64,000 nucleotides of DNA from Pseudomonadota bacterium (GCA_040389645.1 JAZJZT010000011.1:129532-193531), one strand, 5' to 3'; positions 1-14,210 are shown, counted from the stretch's first letter. The notes: generated by a model from the letters alone, not told the origin. Program-made: numbers and translations.

Positions 1-265
1 GCAACTTGCCGTAATCGACCGGCACCGGCTTGGCGTAGCCGAACGGCATCTGGATCGTCAGGTACAGCATCAGCGGCAACAGGAAAGTGCCGAACGGGTC
101 GATGTGGCGCGCCGGGTTCAGGCTCAGGCGCCCCTGCTCGGACGCCGTCGGGTCGCCGAAATAGCGCGCCACGTAACCGTGCGCGGCCTCGTGCAGGGAA
201 ATGGCGAAAAGGACCGGGATCGCATACACGGCGACGGTCTGGACCGCTTGACTGAAATCATTCAT
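1..265 (-). CDS. Site-2 protease (M50) family membrane metalloprotease, runs off the window
   Basis: Manual translation from ATG 265: MNDFSQAVQTVAVYAIPVLFAISLHEAAHGYVARYFGDPT...RLSLNPARHIDPFGT...FGYAKPVPVD; HExxH motif. Confidence 0.9.
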   Translation of the reverse strand, partial: MNDFSQAVQTVAVYAIPVLFAISLHEAAHGYVARYFGDPTASEQGRLSLNPARHIDPFGTFLLPLMLYLTIQMPFGYAKPVPVDYGKL

Positions 266-337
266 AGGTGAAATTTTACCAGACCGGTGCGACCGGCCTG
301 CCGAGGTAGGTTGAGGGTGGCTTGCGCGCCGGGGAAA

Positions 338-961
338 TTACAGGCCCAGCACGGCGGGATCGCCGCGGCCCTGGCGCACCAACACGGGTTCCGCGCCGCT
401 GAGGTCGACCACGGTGGTCGGCTCGAAGCTGCAGGCGCCGCCGTCGACGATCAGGTCGACCTGCTTTTCCAGGCGCTCGCGGATGCTGTCCGGATCGGTC
501 AGCGGCTGTTCATCGCCGGGCAGGATCAGCGTCGTGCCCAGCAGCGGTTGCTGCAACTCTTCCAGCAGCATCTCGACGATGGGATTTTGCGGCACGCGCA
601 GGCCGATCGTCTTGCGCGACGGGTGGCTCAAGCGGCGCGGCACGCACTTGGTCGCTTCCAGGATGAAGGTGTACGGTCCCGGCGTGGCCGCCTTGAGCAG
701 GCGGAACTGCTTGTTGTCGACCCGCGCATAGACGCCGATTTCACTCAAATCGCGGCATAACAGCGTCAAATGGTGTTTTTCATCGATGCCGCGCAGGCGG
801 CGCAGGCGCTCGACGGCGCCCTTGTCGTCCAGGTGGCATACCAGCGCATAGCAGGAATCGGTCGGCAGCGCGACGATGCCGCCGCCATGGATGATTTGCG
901 CCGCCTGTTTTATCAGACGCAGTTGCGGATTGACGGGATGGACCTGGAAGTATTGACTCAT
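338..961 (-). CDS. yciO: YciO/Sua5-YrdC family protein
   Basis: MSQYFQVHPVNPQLRL, PTDSCYAL, PGPYTFIL, TIGLRVP motifs. Confidence 0.9.
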   Translation of the reverse strand: MSQYFQVHPVNPQLRLIKQAAQIIHGGGIVALPTDSCYALVCHLDDKGAVERLRRLRGIDEKHHLTLLCRDLSEIGVYARVDNKQFRLLKAATPGPYTFILEATKCVPRRLSHPSRKTIGLRVPQNPIVEMLLEELQQPLLGTTLILPGDEQPLTDPDSIRERLEKQVDLIVDGGACSFEPTTVVDLSGAEPVLVRQGRGDPAVLGL

Positions 962-982
962 ATATAAGAAATTGGACGGTAC

Positions 983-1870
983 TCAGCGCGGAAGTTGTTG
1001 CAGGGCCGCGATGCGCTGTTCCATCGGCGGGTGCGTGGCGAACAGCGCCGACCAGCCACCGCCGCCGGTGATGCCGGAAGCGGCCAGGTTTTGCGGCAAC
1101 GGTCCCGGTTCCACGCCGCCGAGCCGGGCCAGCGCATGCTGCATCGGCACGCTGCTGCCGAGCAGCTTGGCAGAACCGGCGTCGGCACGGAATTCGCGCT
1201 GGCGCGAAAACCACGCGACGATCAGAGAGGCGACCAGGCCGAACACGAGTTCGCAGACAAACACGGTGATCATATAACCGATGCCGGTGCCACGGTTATC
1301 GTTGTCGTTATTGCTGCGCAACAGCACCTTGTCGACAAAGAAGCCGACCACGCGCGCCAGGAACACGACGAAGGTGTTGACCACGCCCTGGATCAGCGTC
1401 ATCGTCACCATGTCGCCATTGGCGATGTGCGCCACTTCGTGGCCGAGCACGGCTTCGACTTCGTCGCGGTTCATCGATTGCAGCAAGCCGGTCGAGACGG
1501 CGACCAGCGCGGAATTTTTAAAGGCGCCGGTGGCGAAGGCATTCGGCTCGCCGTCGTAGACCGCCACTTCCGGCATGCCTATGCCGGCCCGGCTCGCCAG
1601 TTGCCCGACCGTGGCGAGCAGCCACTGCTCGGTCGAATTGGCCGGGCTGTCGATGATGCGCGCGCCGGTGCTCCACTTGGCCATCGGTTTGCTCATCAAC
1701 AGGGAAATGATGGCGCCCGTAAATCCGACCACCAGAGAGAAGGCCAGCAGGCTACCCATCTGCAACTGGCTGCCGCTGCCGGGCCGTCCGATGCCGAGCA
1801 CGGACAGGACGATCGACAACACCAGCATCACGGCCAGGTTAGTGGCGATAAACAGGACGATACGCTTCAT
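983..1870 (-). CDS. htpX: Membrane zinc protease HtpX
   Basis: [39 protein letters not shown] motifs. Confidence 0.97.
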   Translation of the reverse strand: MKRIVLFIATNLAVMLVLSIVLSVLGIGRPGSGSQLQMGSLLAFSLVVGFTGAIISLLMSKPMAKWSTGARIIDSPANSTEQWLLATVGQLASRAGIGMPEVAVYDGEPNAFATGAFKNSALVAVSTGLLQSMNRDEVEAVLGHEVAHIANGDMVTMTLIQGVVNTFVVFLARVVGFFVDKVLLRSNNDNDNRGTGIGYMITVFVCELVFGLVASLIVAWFSRQREFRADAGSAKLLGSSVPMQHALARLGGVEPGPLPQNLAASGITGGGGWSALFATHPPMEQRIAALQQLPR

Positions 1871-1936
1871 GTGGCACTCTCCGGGTGGCTTTCCGCGGCA
1901 TTAGATGAGGTTGATCCGGATCAAATGCAAGTGGTC

Positions 1937-2770
1937 TTAAAACCAATCGTGCCAAACCGGCGTGACATTGTTCGGCAATGGCGGCAGCACGCGGAAATCG
2001 ACCCTCGCCTCGCCCGGCGCATGGAAATCGGTGCCGCGCGAGGCCAGGAAGCCGTAACTGTTCGCCAGTTTCGCATACACCGGATACTGGTCCGGCGTAT
2101 GGCTGCCGGTGACGACTTCGATCGCCCGGCCGCCCAGTTGCTTGAATTCGTCGAACAGTTCGCCCTGCGCCAGCTGGCTGAATTTATAGCGGCCCGGATG
2201 CGCGATCACGGCGATGCCGCCAGCACTTTTGATCCAGCCGACCGCTTCGGCCAGGGTCGCCCAGCGGTGCTCGACATAACCGGGCTTGCCTTCGGACAGG
2301 TACTTGCGGAACACTTCGGGAATATTGCGGCAGACGCCGATTTCGACCAGGTAGCGCGCAAAATGGGTGCGCGACATCAAGTCCGGGTTGCCGACATATT
2401 TCAGCGCGCCCTGGTAGGCGCCGGGCACGCCGGCGGCGGCCAGTTGGGCGTCGATCTCGCGCCCGCGCTTGTCGCGCCCGGATCGCGTATCTTCCAGGCC
2501 CTGCAATAGCGCCGCGTTGGTTTCATCGATCTGCAAGCCGACGATGTGGACCGTTTCGCCGGCCCAGGTGATCGAAATCTCGACGCCGGTGACGAAGCGC
2601 ATGCCATAGTCGGCGGCGGCGGCACGGGCGGCGGCGATGCCACCGACTTCATCGTGGTCAGTCAGCGCCCAGACATCGACGCCGGCTTCGCGCGCGCACT
2701 GCGCCACCTTGGCCGGCGGCAGCACGCCGTCTGAAACGTTGGAATGGCAGTGCAGATCTACTTTTAACAT
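1937..2770 (-). CDS. PHP-domain phosphoesterase (TrpH/YciV, 3',5'-nucleoside bisphosphate phosphatase type)
   Basis: DLHCHSNVSDG, LTDHD, GVEIS, AHP, GTDFH motifs. Confidence 0.9.
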   Translation of the reverse strand: MLKVDLHCHSNVSDGVLPPAKVAQCAREAGVDVWALTDHDEVGGIAAARAAAADYGMRFVTGVEISITWAGETVHIVGLQIDETNAALLQGLEDTRSGRDKRGREIDAQLAAAGVPGAYQGALKYVGNPDLMSRTHFARYLVEIGVCRNIPEVFRKYLSEGKPGYVEHRWATLAEAVGWIKSAGGIAVIAHPGRYKFSQLAQGELFDEFKQLGGRAIEVVTGSHTPDQYPVYAKLANSYGFLASRGTDFHAPGEARVDFRVLPPLPNNVTPVWHDWF

Positions 2771-2839
2771 ACGGACGGAAAGTCGACAGGAACGAAGCGT
2801 TCATTGTACGCTGCTTACCCGCTTGCCACCCAATCGATA

Positions 2840-3715
2840 TCAAACCAGAAACTCTTCGAGTATCCGCGCCAACGCTTCGGGCTGGTCGTGGTGCAGCATG
2901 TGGCCGGCGTCGGGCATCATCCTGGTCGTCACATTGGCCAGGTGCGCCAGGCGGCGGTCGATCTCGACGCGCGCCTCGTCCTTCGGCCCCATCCACAGCC
3001 ACATGTTCGTATGCGCCGCTTCCACCCACAATACCGGCGCGGTGATCGCGCGCCAGCATGCCATCACTTCCTCGACGTGGTACAGCAGCGGGCTGATGTG
3101 CTTGTGCACCGGGTCGCCCAGGATTTCCCAGCGGCCGTCGGCATTTTGCGCCGACCAGTGCGCGGCCAGGAAGGCGGCGCGCGCGTCGGACAGGCGCGGG
3201 TTCGTCTTTTGCAGCCGGGCCGCGACCGCTTCCACGTCCGGATAGCTGCGCATTTCCGGCATTTGCTGCAATTCGTCGAGCCATTTCGCGTAGCGCCCGG
3301 GCGCCTGTTCCGGCACCGTCGACTTCATGCCAAAACCTTCCAGGTTGATCAGGCGGCGGATGCGTTGCGGGCGCGCGCCGGCGTAAATGCCGACCACGTT
3401 GCCGCCCATGCTGTGGCCGAGCAGGTTGACCTGCCCTTCCGGCTGGTAATGGCGCAGGATCGCGTCGAGGTCGCCGATATAGTCGGGGAACCAATAGGTG
3501 TCCACGCGCGGGCGCTCGGTCAGGCCGAAGCCGCGCCAGTCCGGCGCGATCACGTGCCAGTCGCCCTGCAAGCAATCGACGACGAACTGGAACGAGGCCG
3601 AGACATCCATCCAGCCATGCACCATGAAGAGGATGGGCGCGCCCTGCCGGCCCCAGTGGCGGACATGGGTGCTGACGCCGCGCACATCGATGAATTCGGA
3701 ACGGGAAGATTTCAT
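2840..3715 (-). CDS. Alpha/beta hydrolase
   Basis: HGWMD, APDWRGFG, GHSMGG nucleophile elbow, GHMLHHD. Confidence 0.9.
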   Translation of the reverse strand: MKSSRSEFIDVRGVSTHVRHWGRQGAPILFMVHGWMDVSASFQFVVDCLQGDWHVIAPDWRGFGLTERPRVDTYWFPDYIGDLDAILRHYQPEGQVNLLGHSMGGNVVGIYAGARPQRIRRLINLEGFGMKSTVPEQAPGRYAKWLDELQQMPEMRSYPDVEAVAARLQKTNPRLSDARAAFLAAHWSAQNADGRWEILGDPVHKHISPLLYHVEEVMACWRAITAPVLWVEAAHTNMWLWMGPKDEARVEIDRRLAHLANVTTRMMPDAGHMLHHDQPEALARILEEFLV

Positions 3716-3913
3716 GGAAACTGCTGCCTTGAAAGTGGCGCCACTGGCGCAATATGGGTGCCTTGCCGGCTGGAAGCATTAATATTAGCACGATCGTTCG
3801 ATGCCCATTGGCGGACGCCGTGCCAGCCGGCTTCGGCCATTTTGCCGTGATTTTGCGGCCAGGGCGTAAAATAGCGCCATTCCCTGTATTTTCCTGCACA
3901 CAACAAGGCTCCC

Positions 3914-4438
3914 ATGACCATCTACCAGTTGGGCGCAGACGCGCCCGAGATCGATGCATCTGCTTTTGTCGCCGAGAATGCCACCGTGATCGGCAAGGTC
4001 ACGCTGCTCGCTCACTCTTCCGTTTGGTACGGTGCGACGATCCGCGGCGACAACGAACGCATCACCATCGGCGAAGGCAGCAATGTGCAGGAAGCGGCCG
4101 TGCTGCACACGGACCTTGGTTACCCGATGACGCTGGGCAAGAACGTGACGGTCGGCCACCAGGCGATGCTGCACGGCTGCACCATCGGCGACGGCACGCT
4201 GATCGGCATCCAGGCCGTCGTGCTGAACGGCGCGAAGATCGGCAAGGGTTGCCTGGTCGGCGCCGGCGCGCTGGTCACCGAGGGCAAGGAATTTCCGGAC
4301 AATCAATTGATCATCGGCTCTCCGGCCAAGGCCGTGCGCACCTTGACGGACGAAGATGCCGCGCGCCTGGCGGGCGCCGCCGAAGGTTATGTCGAACGCG
4401 GCGCGCTGTTCAAGACGCAACTTAAAAAGATAGGATAA
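3914..4438 (+). CDS. Gamma-carbonic anhydrase-like hexapeptide-repeat protein
   Basis: IRGD, SNVQE, LH, VGH, LHGC metal-ligand pattern. Confidence 0.9.
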   Translation: MTIYQLGADAPEIDASAFVAENATVIGKVTLLAHSSVWYGATIRGDNERITIGEGSNVQEAAVLHTDLGYPMTLGKNVTVGHQAMLHGCTIGDGTLIGIQAVVLNGAKIGKGCLVGAGALVTEGKEFPDNQLIIGSPAKAVRTLTDEDAARLAGAAEGYVERGALFKTQLKKIG

Positions 4439-4441
4439 GCA

Positions 4442-5410
4442 ATGAGCACGACGCAAGACACCCCGGCCGACATCACGGACACGCTGCAAAAATTCATCTT
4501 CGACAATGCCGCCGTGCGCGGCGAGTTCGTCGACATTTCCGCCACCTGGCGCGACATGCAAACCCGCCACGACTATCCGGCGCCGGTCAAGCGCGTGCTG
4601 GGAGAGATGGTGGCCGCGTCGGCGCTGCTGTCGGCCAACCTGAAATTCAACGGCTCGATCATCATGCAGATCCACGGCGACGGCCCGGTGCGCCTGCTGG
4701 TGGTCGAATGCGATTCCGACCTGCGCCTGCGCGCCACGGCCAAGCTGAACCCGGACCTGGAAGTGCCGGACGGGGCGGGCCTGACGGCGCTGCTGAATGC
4801 GCACGGCAAGGGCCGTTTCGTCATCACGCTCGACCCGGCCGACAAGATGCCGGGCCAGCAACCGTACCAGGGCATCGTGCCGCTCGACGGCGACGACGTC
4901 GCCACCGTCATCGAGCACTACATGCTGCGCTCGGAACAGCTCGACACCAAGCTGTGGCTGGCTGCGAACGACGACGTCTCGCGCGGGCTGCTGCTGCAAA
5001 AGCTGCCCTACCACGGCGGCAAGCCGGAAGCGACGCCGCTGTCGCAGGACGAGGCACTGGAAACCTGGAACCGCGCGGTGCTGCTCGGCTCGACGCTGAA
5101 ACGGGAAGAGTTACTGGAGACGACGATCGACGTGCTGATGCAGCGCCTGTTCTGGGAAGAGACGATCCGCGTGTTCGACCCGATCCACCCGGTGTTCCAC
5201 TGCAGCTGCACGCGCGAAAAGGTGGGCAACATGCTGAAGATCCTGGGCCAGGAAGAAGTCAACGGCGTGCTCGAAGAGCAAGGCCTGGTGGCGATCAACT
5301 GCGACTTCTGCGGCCAGCACTACCAGTACGACAAGGTCGATTGCGCCCAACTGTTCGCCAGCGACGCGCCGGCCGAATTGCTGCTTCCGGCCAGCGAAGC
5401 GAAGCATTGA
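4442..5410 (+). CDS. hslO: Redox-regulated chaperone Hsp33
   Basis: GDGP, YQGIV, SEQL, C-terminal CSC...CDFC zinc motif. Confidence 0.95.
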   Translation: MSTTQDTPADITDTLQKFIFDNAAVRGEFVDISATWRDMQTRHDYPAPVKRVLGEMVAASALLSANLKFNGSIIMQIHGDGPVRLLVVECDSDLRLRATAKLNPDLEVPDGAGLTALLNAHGKGRFVITLDPADKMPGQQPYQGIVPLDGDDVATVIEHYMLRSEQLDTKLWLAANDDVSRGLLLQKLPYHGGKPEATPLSQDEALETWNRAVLLGSTLKREELLETTIDVLMQRLFWEETIRVFDPIHPVFHCSCTREKVGNMLKILGQEEVNGVLEEQGLVAINCDFCGQHYQYDKVDCAQLFASDAPAELLLPASEAKH

Positions 5411-5417
5411 AGCAGGA

Positions 5418-5572
5418 TGGTGCCGGTATATTGATGCCAGATTGGCGCCAAATTCTGTCATTCCCGCGAAAGCGGGAATCCCATTGACGCTGCGCCGTCC
5501 GCACACAAATGGGATTCCCGCTTTCGCGGGAATGACAGATCCAAGGTCTGTGGTCTTAATTAAATAGCATTA
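5418..5572. mobile_element. IS4-ended REP-doublet MITE, copy A (degenerate ends)
   Basis: Inner GTCATTCCCGCGAAAGCGGGAATCCCAT...ATGGGATTCCCGCTTTCGCGGGAATGAC; eroded TAATGCCGTTAAGTT-like ends; lies between convergent genes. Confidence 0.75.
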
Positions 5573-5615
5573 GGCATCTGGGACACGACGCCCCCTCCCC
5601 GGCCTTACTCCTAAA

Positions 5616-6770
5616 TTAAGACGCTGCCTTCGGCAAGTTCTTGGTCAGATCGACCCAGCTTTGCGGCTGCGGCTTGGCGCGTTCGCGTACGCCGAAGAAG
5701 GTCACCACCAACTCTCCATTGTTGTCGAAGAATTCCACCGACGTCACGCCGCCGCGCTGCACCACGTAGCCGCTTTTGAACGCGCTCTCGCGCAGGTGCA
5801 AATTAAAATTCGGGTCCAGCACGTTGTACCACTCGCCGCTGGCGGCCGTCTTGGTGATCGTGCCGCTGAAAATCTGCGTGACCGCGCCATTGCCCAGGAA
5901 GGCCATGATCGGCATTTGCTGCTTGGCCGATTGATCGAGCAACTGGCGCATCGCCTGCGGCGTCACCTTCTGCACCACGCCGGCCGGCGCCAGGCGCATC
6001 GCCTGTTCGCGCGTCACGCCGAATTCACCGAGGATGCGGTTGAACTGGTGCACGTCCGTCATCTCTTTCCAGGCCAGCTGGAATTCCTTGACGTCGATGC
6101 TGGCATCCGGCTTTTCCGCCACTTTCGGCGCAGGGGGGACGATTTTCAGATTCGCGCTCTGGTCGCCGCTGCGGAAATCCTGCACCAGCTTGTCGAACAC
6201 CGGCACCGCCGCGTCATTCTTCAAATACACCTTGTGCGCGGCGACGCCGTTGGCATCGAAAAATTGCAGGCTGCGCGACACTTGTCCGTCGCGGCCCGGT
6301 TGCACGACGGCGAACGCATGCTTCCAGTTGCCAAAATTAAAACGCAGGTCGATCTCGCCGCCCAGGTAACCGCCGGCGATGTTGCGCTGGCGCGCTTCGC
6401 GTTCCGGGTCCGGTTTAGTGGATGCCGCCGGCTCTTCGGCCTTCAGGCGCGTGGCCACGCCGGTGCGTTCCAGCACACCGTTCTCGTTACGCGTCAGGGC
6501 CAGCACAGTACCCAGGTCCAGTGCGCGGCGCATGATTTCGCGCGCCGCGTGATCGTCGTCCTTCAGGCGGACCACCGTCTTGCCCAGGCTGGTGGCCAGC
6601 AGTTCGGCTTCCGACACGTTCAGCGAGCGGGCCGCGTCGCGGATCTGCAATTTCGGCTGCTCGGCGCGCAGCGCGTCCCAGCGCTCGGACAAGGTGGCCG
6701 CGCCGGCATGGGCTGCGCTCAACATCAGGGCGCCGGCCAGGGCGAGTGCGTAACGGCGGTATGGTTTCAT
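5616..6770 (-). CDS. HemS/ChuS/PhuS family heme-binding protein with N-terminal signal peptide
   Basis: IRDAARSLNVSEAELL, ALTRNE, IDLR, SLQFFD, HKVYL, MTDVHQF, FNLHL, FFGVR motifs; MKPYRRYALALAGALMLSAAHA signal. Confidence 0.88.
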   Translation of the reverse strand: MKPYRRYALALAGALMLSAAHAGAATLSERWDALRAEQPKLQIRDAARSLNVSEAELLATSLGKTVVRLKDDDHAAREIMRRALDLGTVLALTRNENGVLERTGVATRLKAEEPAASTKPDPEREARQRNIAGGYLGGEIDLRFNFGNWKHAFAVVQPGRDGQVSRSLQFFDANGVAAHKVYLKNDAAVPVFDKLVQDFRSGDQSANLKIVPPAPKVAEKPDASIDVKEFQLAWKEMTDVHQFNRILGEFGVTREQAMRLAPAGVVQKVTPQAMRQLLDQSAKQQMPIMAFLGNGAVTQIFSGTITKTAASGEWYNVLDPNFNLHLRESAFKSGYVVQRGGVTSVEFFDNNGELVVTFFGVRERAKPQPQSWVDLTKNLPKAAS

Positions 6771-6792
6771 CAGGGTGTCTCCAATCAGGGGG

Positions 6793-9054
6793 TTAATACA
6801 TCAGTTTGAAATTGACCGCGTAGTTGCGGCCCGGCTTGGCTTGCCGCTCGATGTCGGCCAGCGCGAGGGCGGTGGTGCCGGCCGCCAAGCTGCGCGACGA
6901 GGCGTAATCCCAGTATTTTTTGTCGCCCAGGTTATAGGCGCCGGCGGTGATGCTGGCGTGCTTGCCGATGTTCCAGTAAGCGCTCAAGTCGACCAGGGTG
7001 GACGCGGGCACGGCGAAATACACGGCGTTCGTGCCGCCGATGACGTCGGCTTGCGCCTGCTTGGCGCGCACGTGCACGGCGGTCAGCGCAAAGCCGCCGC
7101 GTTTCGCCGGATCGTCCCAACCCAAGGTGGCGCTGCCCTTGTACGGCAGCACCGATGGCAGGCTGCCGTGCTTGCCGGTCCTGGTATTGGTCGCGTTGCC
7201 GTGCGAAACACCGGCCGCCAGCGCCACGCTGGCGCCGTTCAAGGGCGCCGACCACTGCCCGAGTTCAAAACGGCTGGACACTTCGCCGCCCCAGGTTTCC
7301 GCTTCTCCGATGTTTTCCGGGCGATACAGTCCGGAAGTGATGGTTGGGTAATTGACCGGATCGGCCGGCTGCGACGCGTATTCGATGAAGTTTTTATAGC
7401 TGGTGTGGAACAGCGACGCGCTCAGTTGCACGCCCTTGGACGGCACGCCTTTGACGCCGAATTCGAAGGCGTTGCTGGTTTCCTTGTCCAGCTTCGTATT
7501 GCCCAGCACCGCGTAACCGTTGCCGGCGCCGGTGTAGCTGAACGAATCGTAGCTGCCGGTACGCTCGGCCGCCGTCGGTAACCGGGTGCCGCGGCTGTAC
7601 TGCGCGTAGGCATTGAAATTCGGCGCCAGTTCGATCGACAGCGCCAGGCTCGGGGTGAGATAAGTGTCGCTTTCATCCTTCAATTCCTTGGCCGCCGCCG
7701 GCACCGCGATGATGTAATTTTGCAGATTTTTCGGGCTCAACGCGCGGTGCTCGGCGCGCAGGCCGGGCGTGACGATGGCGCTGTGGCCGGCCAGCGTGAA
7801 GCCGAATTCGCCGCGCAGGTAGGCCGCGAATTTTTGCGTATCCATGTCGGCCATGCGGTTTTTCTGCGTGATCTGGTGCGCGCCGGTGCGCAGCACCGTG
7901 CGGTCTTCGCGCCACGGGCGGCGGCTTTCCAGGTGCTCGAACGTCGCGCCGTAGAGCAGCATGGTGCTGGCGCCGAGCTGCTTGCCGGCATCCGCGCCGA
8001 TGCCGTAACTGTCGTTGTAATAACCGGTGGCGATCTCGCGCGTGTACGGCGCGCCGCCGCTGATGTAGGCGGCGTGCGTGCGGTCTTCGACCTTGGCATC
8101 CTGCACATAGATGCGGCTGTCGAGCGTGTCGAACCAGCCGCCCGCGGCCGACGTATATTGATGGTCGACGCTGAGACGGGTGCGGCGCGTGGCCGAATCC
8201 TGCAGCGCGCCTTCCGGATACAGCGCGCCGAGTTTATTGGCGTAGACGCGCTCGTGGTCGGCGCGGAAGGCGTCGATGGTGAAGCCGAGCTTGTGGCCGG
8301 CCAGCGGCGCCCAGCTGAACTTGCCGAGCAGCGCATCGGACGACCAGTCGTCCGGATTGACGACGGCGTTGCCCTTGCTTTTACTTTGTTCGCCATCGCG
8401 GTGCACCAGCACGGCCAGCGCCTTGAGCGCGCCGCTGGCGGCGGCGCCGGTCAGCGCGTGGACCTTGCTGGCGTTGGCGGAGATGTAGCCGAACTTGTAT
8501 TCGGCGTAGCTGTTGCGGCCATCGCCCAGGTAATCTTCGGGCGATTTGGTGATGAAGGCGACGGAACCGCCCAGGCCCGGTGTGCCGGCGCCGGCCGGCG
8601 ACGTGCCGGAACCGATGCGCACTTCGCGGAACGTCTCCGGATCAAAATAATCGCGGCCGATGCCAAAGCCGTTCAGCGTGGTGCCGTCCGGCTTTGGAGC
8701 CGCGTCCGGCAGCGAGATGCCGTCGACGTCCAGGCTGATGCGGTTGCCTTCGATGCCGCGAATATTAAAACCGGTGTTGCCGGCGCCATCCCAGATATTG
8801 CCCGAGCCGCTGGCGGCGGCGGGCACGCTGATCAAAGGCTCGTAGCGCGCGATGTTGCCCATGTCGGAGGCATTGCGCTTGTTCAACTCCTCGCTGCCGA
8901 TGACAGTCACGGTGCCGCTGCGCGCGGCGGCTTCATCGCGCTTGGCGGTGACCAGGATTTCGTTGAGTTGGGAAGTTTGTGCCAGGACCGGCGCGGCGAA
9001 CGCGGTCAGTAACAGCGCGGCGAGACGGCGCTGACGCAGGTAAAATGCAGCCAT
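6793..9054 (-). CDS. TonB-dependent heme/hemoglobin-type receptor
   Basis: Signal peptide, EILVTA TonB box, FNIRG plug, GRDYFDPE, PGRNY...Y C-terminus; adjacent HemS gene and Fur box. Confidence 0.88.
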   Translation of the reverse strand: MAAFYLRQRRLAALLLTAFAAPVLAQTSQLNEILVTAKRDEAAARSGTVTVIGSEELNKRNASDMGNIARYEPLISVPAAASGSGNIWDGAGNTGFNIRGIEGNRISLDVDGISLPDAAPKPDGTTLNGFGIGRDYFDPETFREVRIGSGTSPAGAGTPGLGGSVAFITKSPEDYLGDGRNSYAEYKFGYISANASKVHALTGAAASGALKALAVLVHRDGEQSKSKGNAVVNPDDWSSDALLGKFSWAPLAGHKLGFTIDAFRADHERVYANKLGALYPEGALQDSATRRTRLSVDHQYTSAAGGWFDTLDSRIYVQDAKVEDRTHAAYISGGAPYTREIATGYYNDSYGIGADAGKQLGASTMLLYGATFEHLESRRPWREDRTVLRTGAHQITQKNRMADMDTQKFAAYLRGEFGFTLAGHSAIVTPGLRAEHRALSPKNLQNYIIAVPAAAKELKDESDTYLTPSLALSIELAPNFNAYAQYSRGTRLPTAAERTGSYDSFSYTGAGNGYAVLGNTKLDKETSNAFEFGVKGVPSKGVQLSASLFHTSYKNFIEYASQPADPVNYPTITSGLYRPENIGEAETWGGEVSSRFELGQWSAPLNGASVALAAGVSHGNATNTRTGKHGSLPSVLPYKGSATLGWDDPAKRGGFALTAVHVRAKQAQADVIGGTNAVYFAVPASTLVDLSAYWNIGKHASITAGAYNLGDKKYWDYASSRSLAAGTTALALADIERQAKPGRNYAVNFKLMY

Positions 9055-9127
9055 AGGATTCCAGGTGAAAAAGTCATCAGAAGGCTGGCTTATTCACGAG
9101 GAGATGGCTGGCAACACCGCATACTAA

Positions 9128-9146
9128 CAAGAATGATTCTTATTTA
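9128..9146. promoter_or_regulatory. Putative Fur box
   Basis: AAGAAT-G-ATTCTT palindrome (Fur 7-1-7 type) about 75 bp upstream of the heme receptor start. Confidence 0.7.
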
Positions 9147-9186
9147 CAAGTCATCAATCGATATACCCGGGATACGATTCGGGAAC

Positions 9187-9507
9187 TTAGCGCGCGGTGG
9201 CGACGGGGGTGCTGTTGGCTTGCGGCTGGGCCTGGCCCTTGCCGAGGATTTGCACGTAGATTTCGTTTTGCTTGATCATGCTGAGCTCGTAACGGGCGCG
9301 TTCTTCGACGGCGCCGGTCCCGTCTTTCAGGTCGCGCACTTCGGATTCGAGCTTGTCGTTGCGGCTTTTCAGTTCGACATTTTTCTTGCGCGCCACCGCC
9401 ACCTGGCCTTCCAGGTCGGCCACGCGCACCCATCCGCCTTTACCGAGCCAGAGCGGGTACTGTATCAACAGCAGCAAGGCTGCCAGTGCAAGGGTGATCA
9501 GGCGCAT
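9187..9507 (-). CDS. ftsB: Cell division protein FtsB
   Basis: [21 protein letters not shown] motifs; canonical position after eno. Confidence 0.96.
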   Translation of the reverse strand: MRLITLALAALLLLIQYPLWLGKGGWVRVADLEGQVAVARKKNVELKSRNDKLESEVRDLKDGTGAVEERARYELSMIKQNEIYVQILGKGQAQPQANSTPVATAR

Positions 9508-9512
9508 AGGAG

Positions 9513-9539
9513 AAAACCGGCCGGAACGGGTCCGGCCGG
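9513..9539 (-). terminator. Possible intrinsic terminator or stabilising hairpin between eno and ftsB
   Basis: CCGGCCGGA-loop-TCCGGCCGG followed by TTTT on the minus strand. Confidence 0.55.
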
Positions 9540-9547
9540 CGATACCA

Positions 9548-10846
<1,299 letters not shown>

Positions 10847-10923
10847 TTAAGCGAAACAAGTCTGCGCTGGACGACGCGCGCGAAAAGTGCAGCAAGGGTA
10901 ACAGAGCTCACCCTGATGTGGAA

Positions 10924-10960
10924 GCGGGCCCGGCGTATGTCATTTATACGCCGGGCCCGC
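10924..10960. other. Strong intergenic hairpin between kdsA and eno
   Basis: GCGGGCCCGGCGTAT...ATACGCCGGGCCCGC, 15-bp perfect stem with a weak U-tract. Confidence 0.6.
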
Positions 10961-10983
10961 CCGGGTTCGCACAATTCGCCGTA

Positions 10984-13574
<2,591 letters not shown>

Positions 13575-13761
13575 TTATATACTAAAGCACAGCCTTCTTC
13601 AGCATTACGCCCGGAAAAATCCTGCATCGTTCAAAATATCTTGCCAAAAGCGACAAGCTTTCAACATGAAAAATTGTACGAAAGACAGCAATGTGGGCCA
13701 CCGAACAGACCGGTCCCCGGACCATGGCCGACAATGGATTTTTTTCAACAGGAGGTCCAAA

Positions 13762-14163
13762 ATGAGCTACGAAGAACGCGATGCCTACGGCATGTATGTG
13801 GACAAGGGTCACAAAGGTCCAGGTCCTGAACTGATGGGCGCGGACACGCTGATCGGCGACCATGTGCACAATCTGAAAAACGAGCACCTCGGTGAAATCA
13901 AGGAAATCATGCTGGACATGCGCAGCGGCAAAATCGCCTATGCGGTGATGTCGTATGGCGGCGTGTTCACCATCGGCGAAAAACTGTTCGCAGTACCTTG
14001 GGAAGCGCTGACGCTCGACACCGTCAACAAGCGTTTTACCTTGAACCTCGACAAGGAACGCATCGAGAACGCGCCCGGCTTCGATACCGACAACTGGCCA
14101 AACATGGCGAACCAGACCTGGGCCACCGAAATCCACAGCTACTACGGCACCAGCGCACGCTGA
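13762..14163 (+). CDS. PRC-barrel domain protein
   Basis: ADTLIGDHV.N...LGEIKEIMLD...GKIAYAV.SYGG...KLFAVPW; AGGAGG RBS. Confidence 0.88.
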   Translation: MSYEERDAYGMYVDKGHKGPGPELMGADTLIGDHVHNLKNEHLGEIKEIMLDMRSGKIAYAVMSYGGVFTIGEKLFAVPWEALTLDTVNKRFTLNLDKERIENAPGFDTDNWPNMANQTWATEIHSYYGTSAR

Positions 14164-14210
14164 TCAAACACATGGGCGCACGGCGCCCGTGGCCATGCCT
14201 TGCAATGTCG

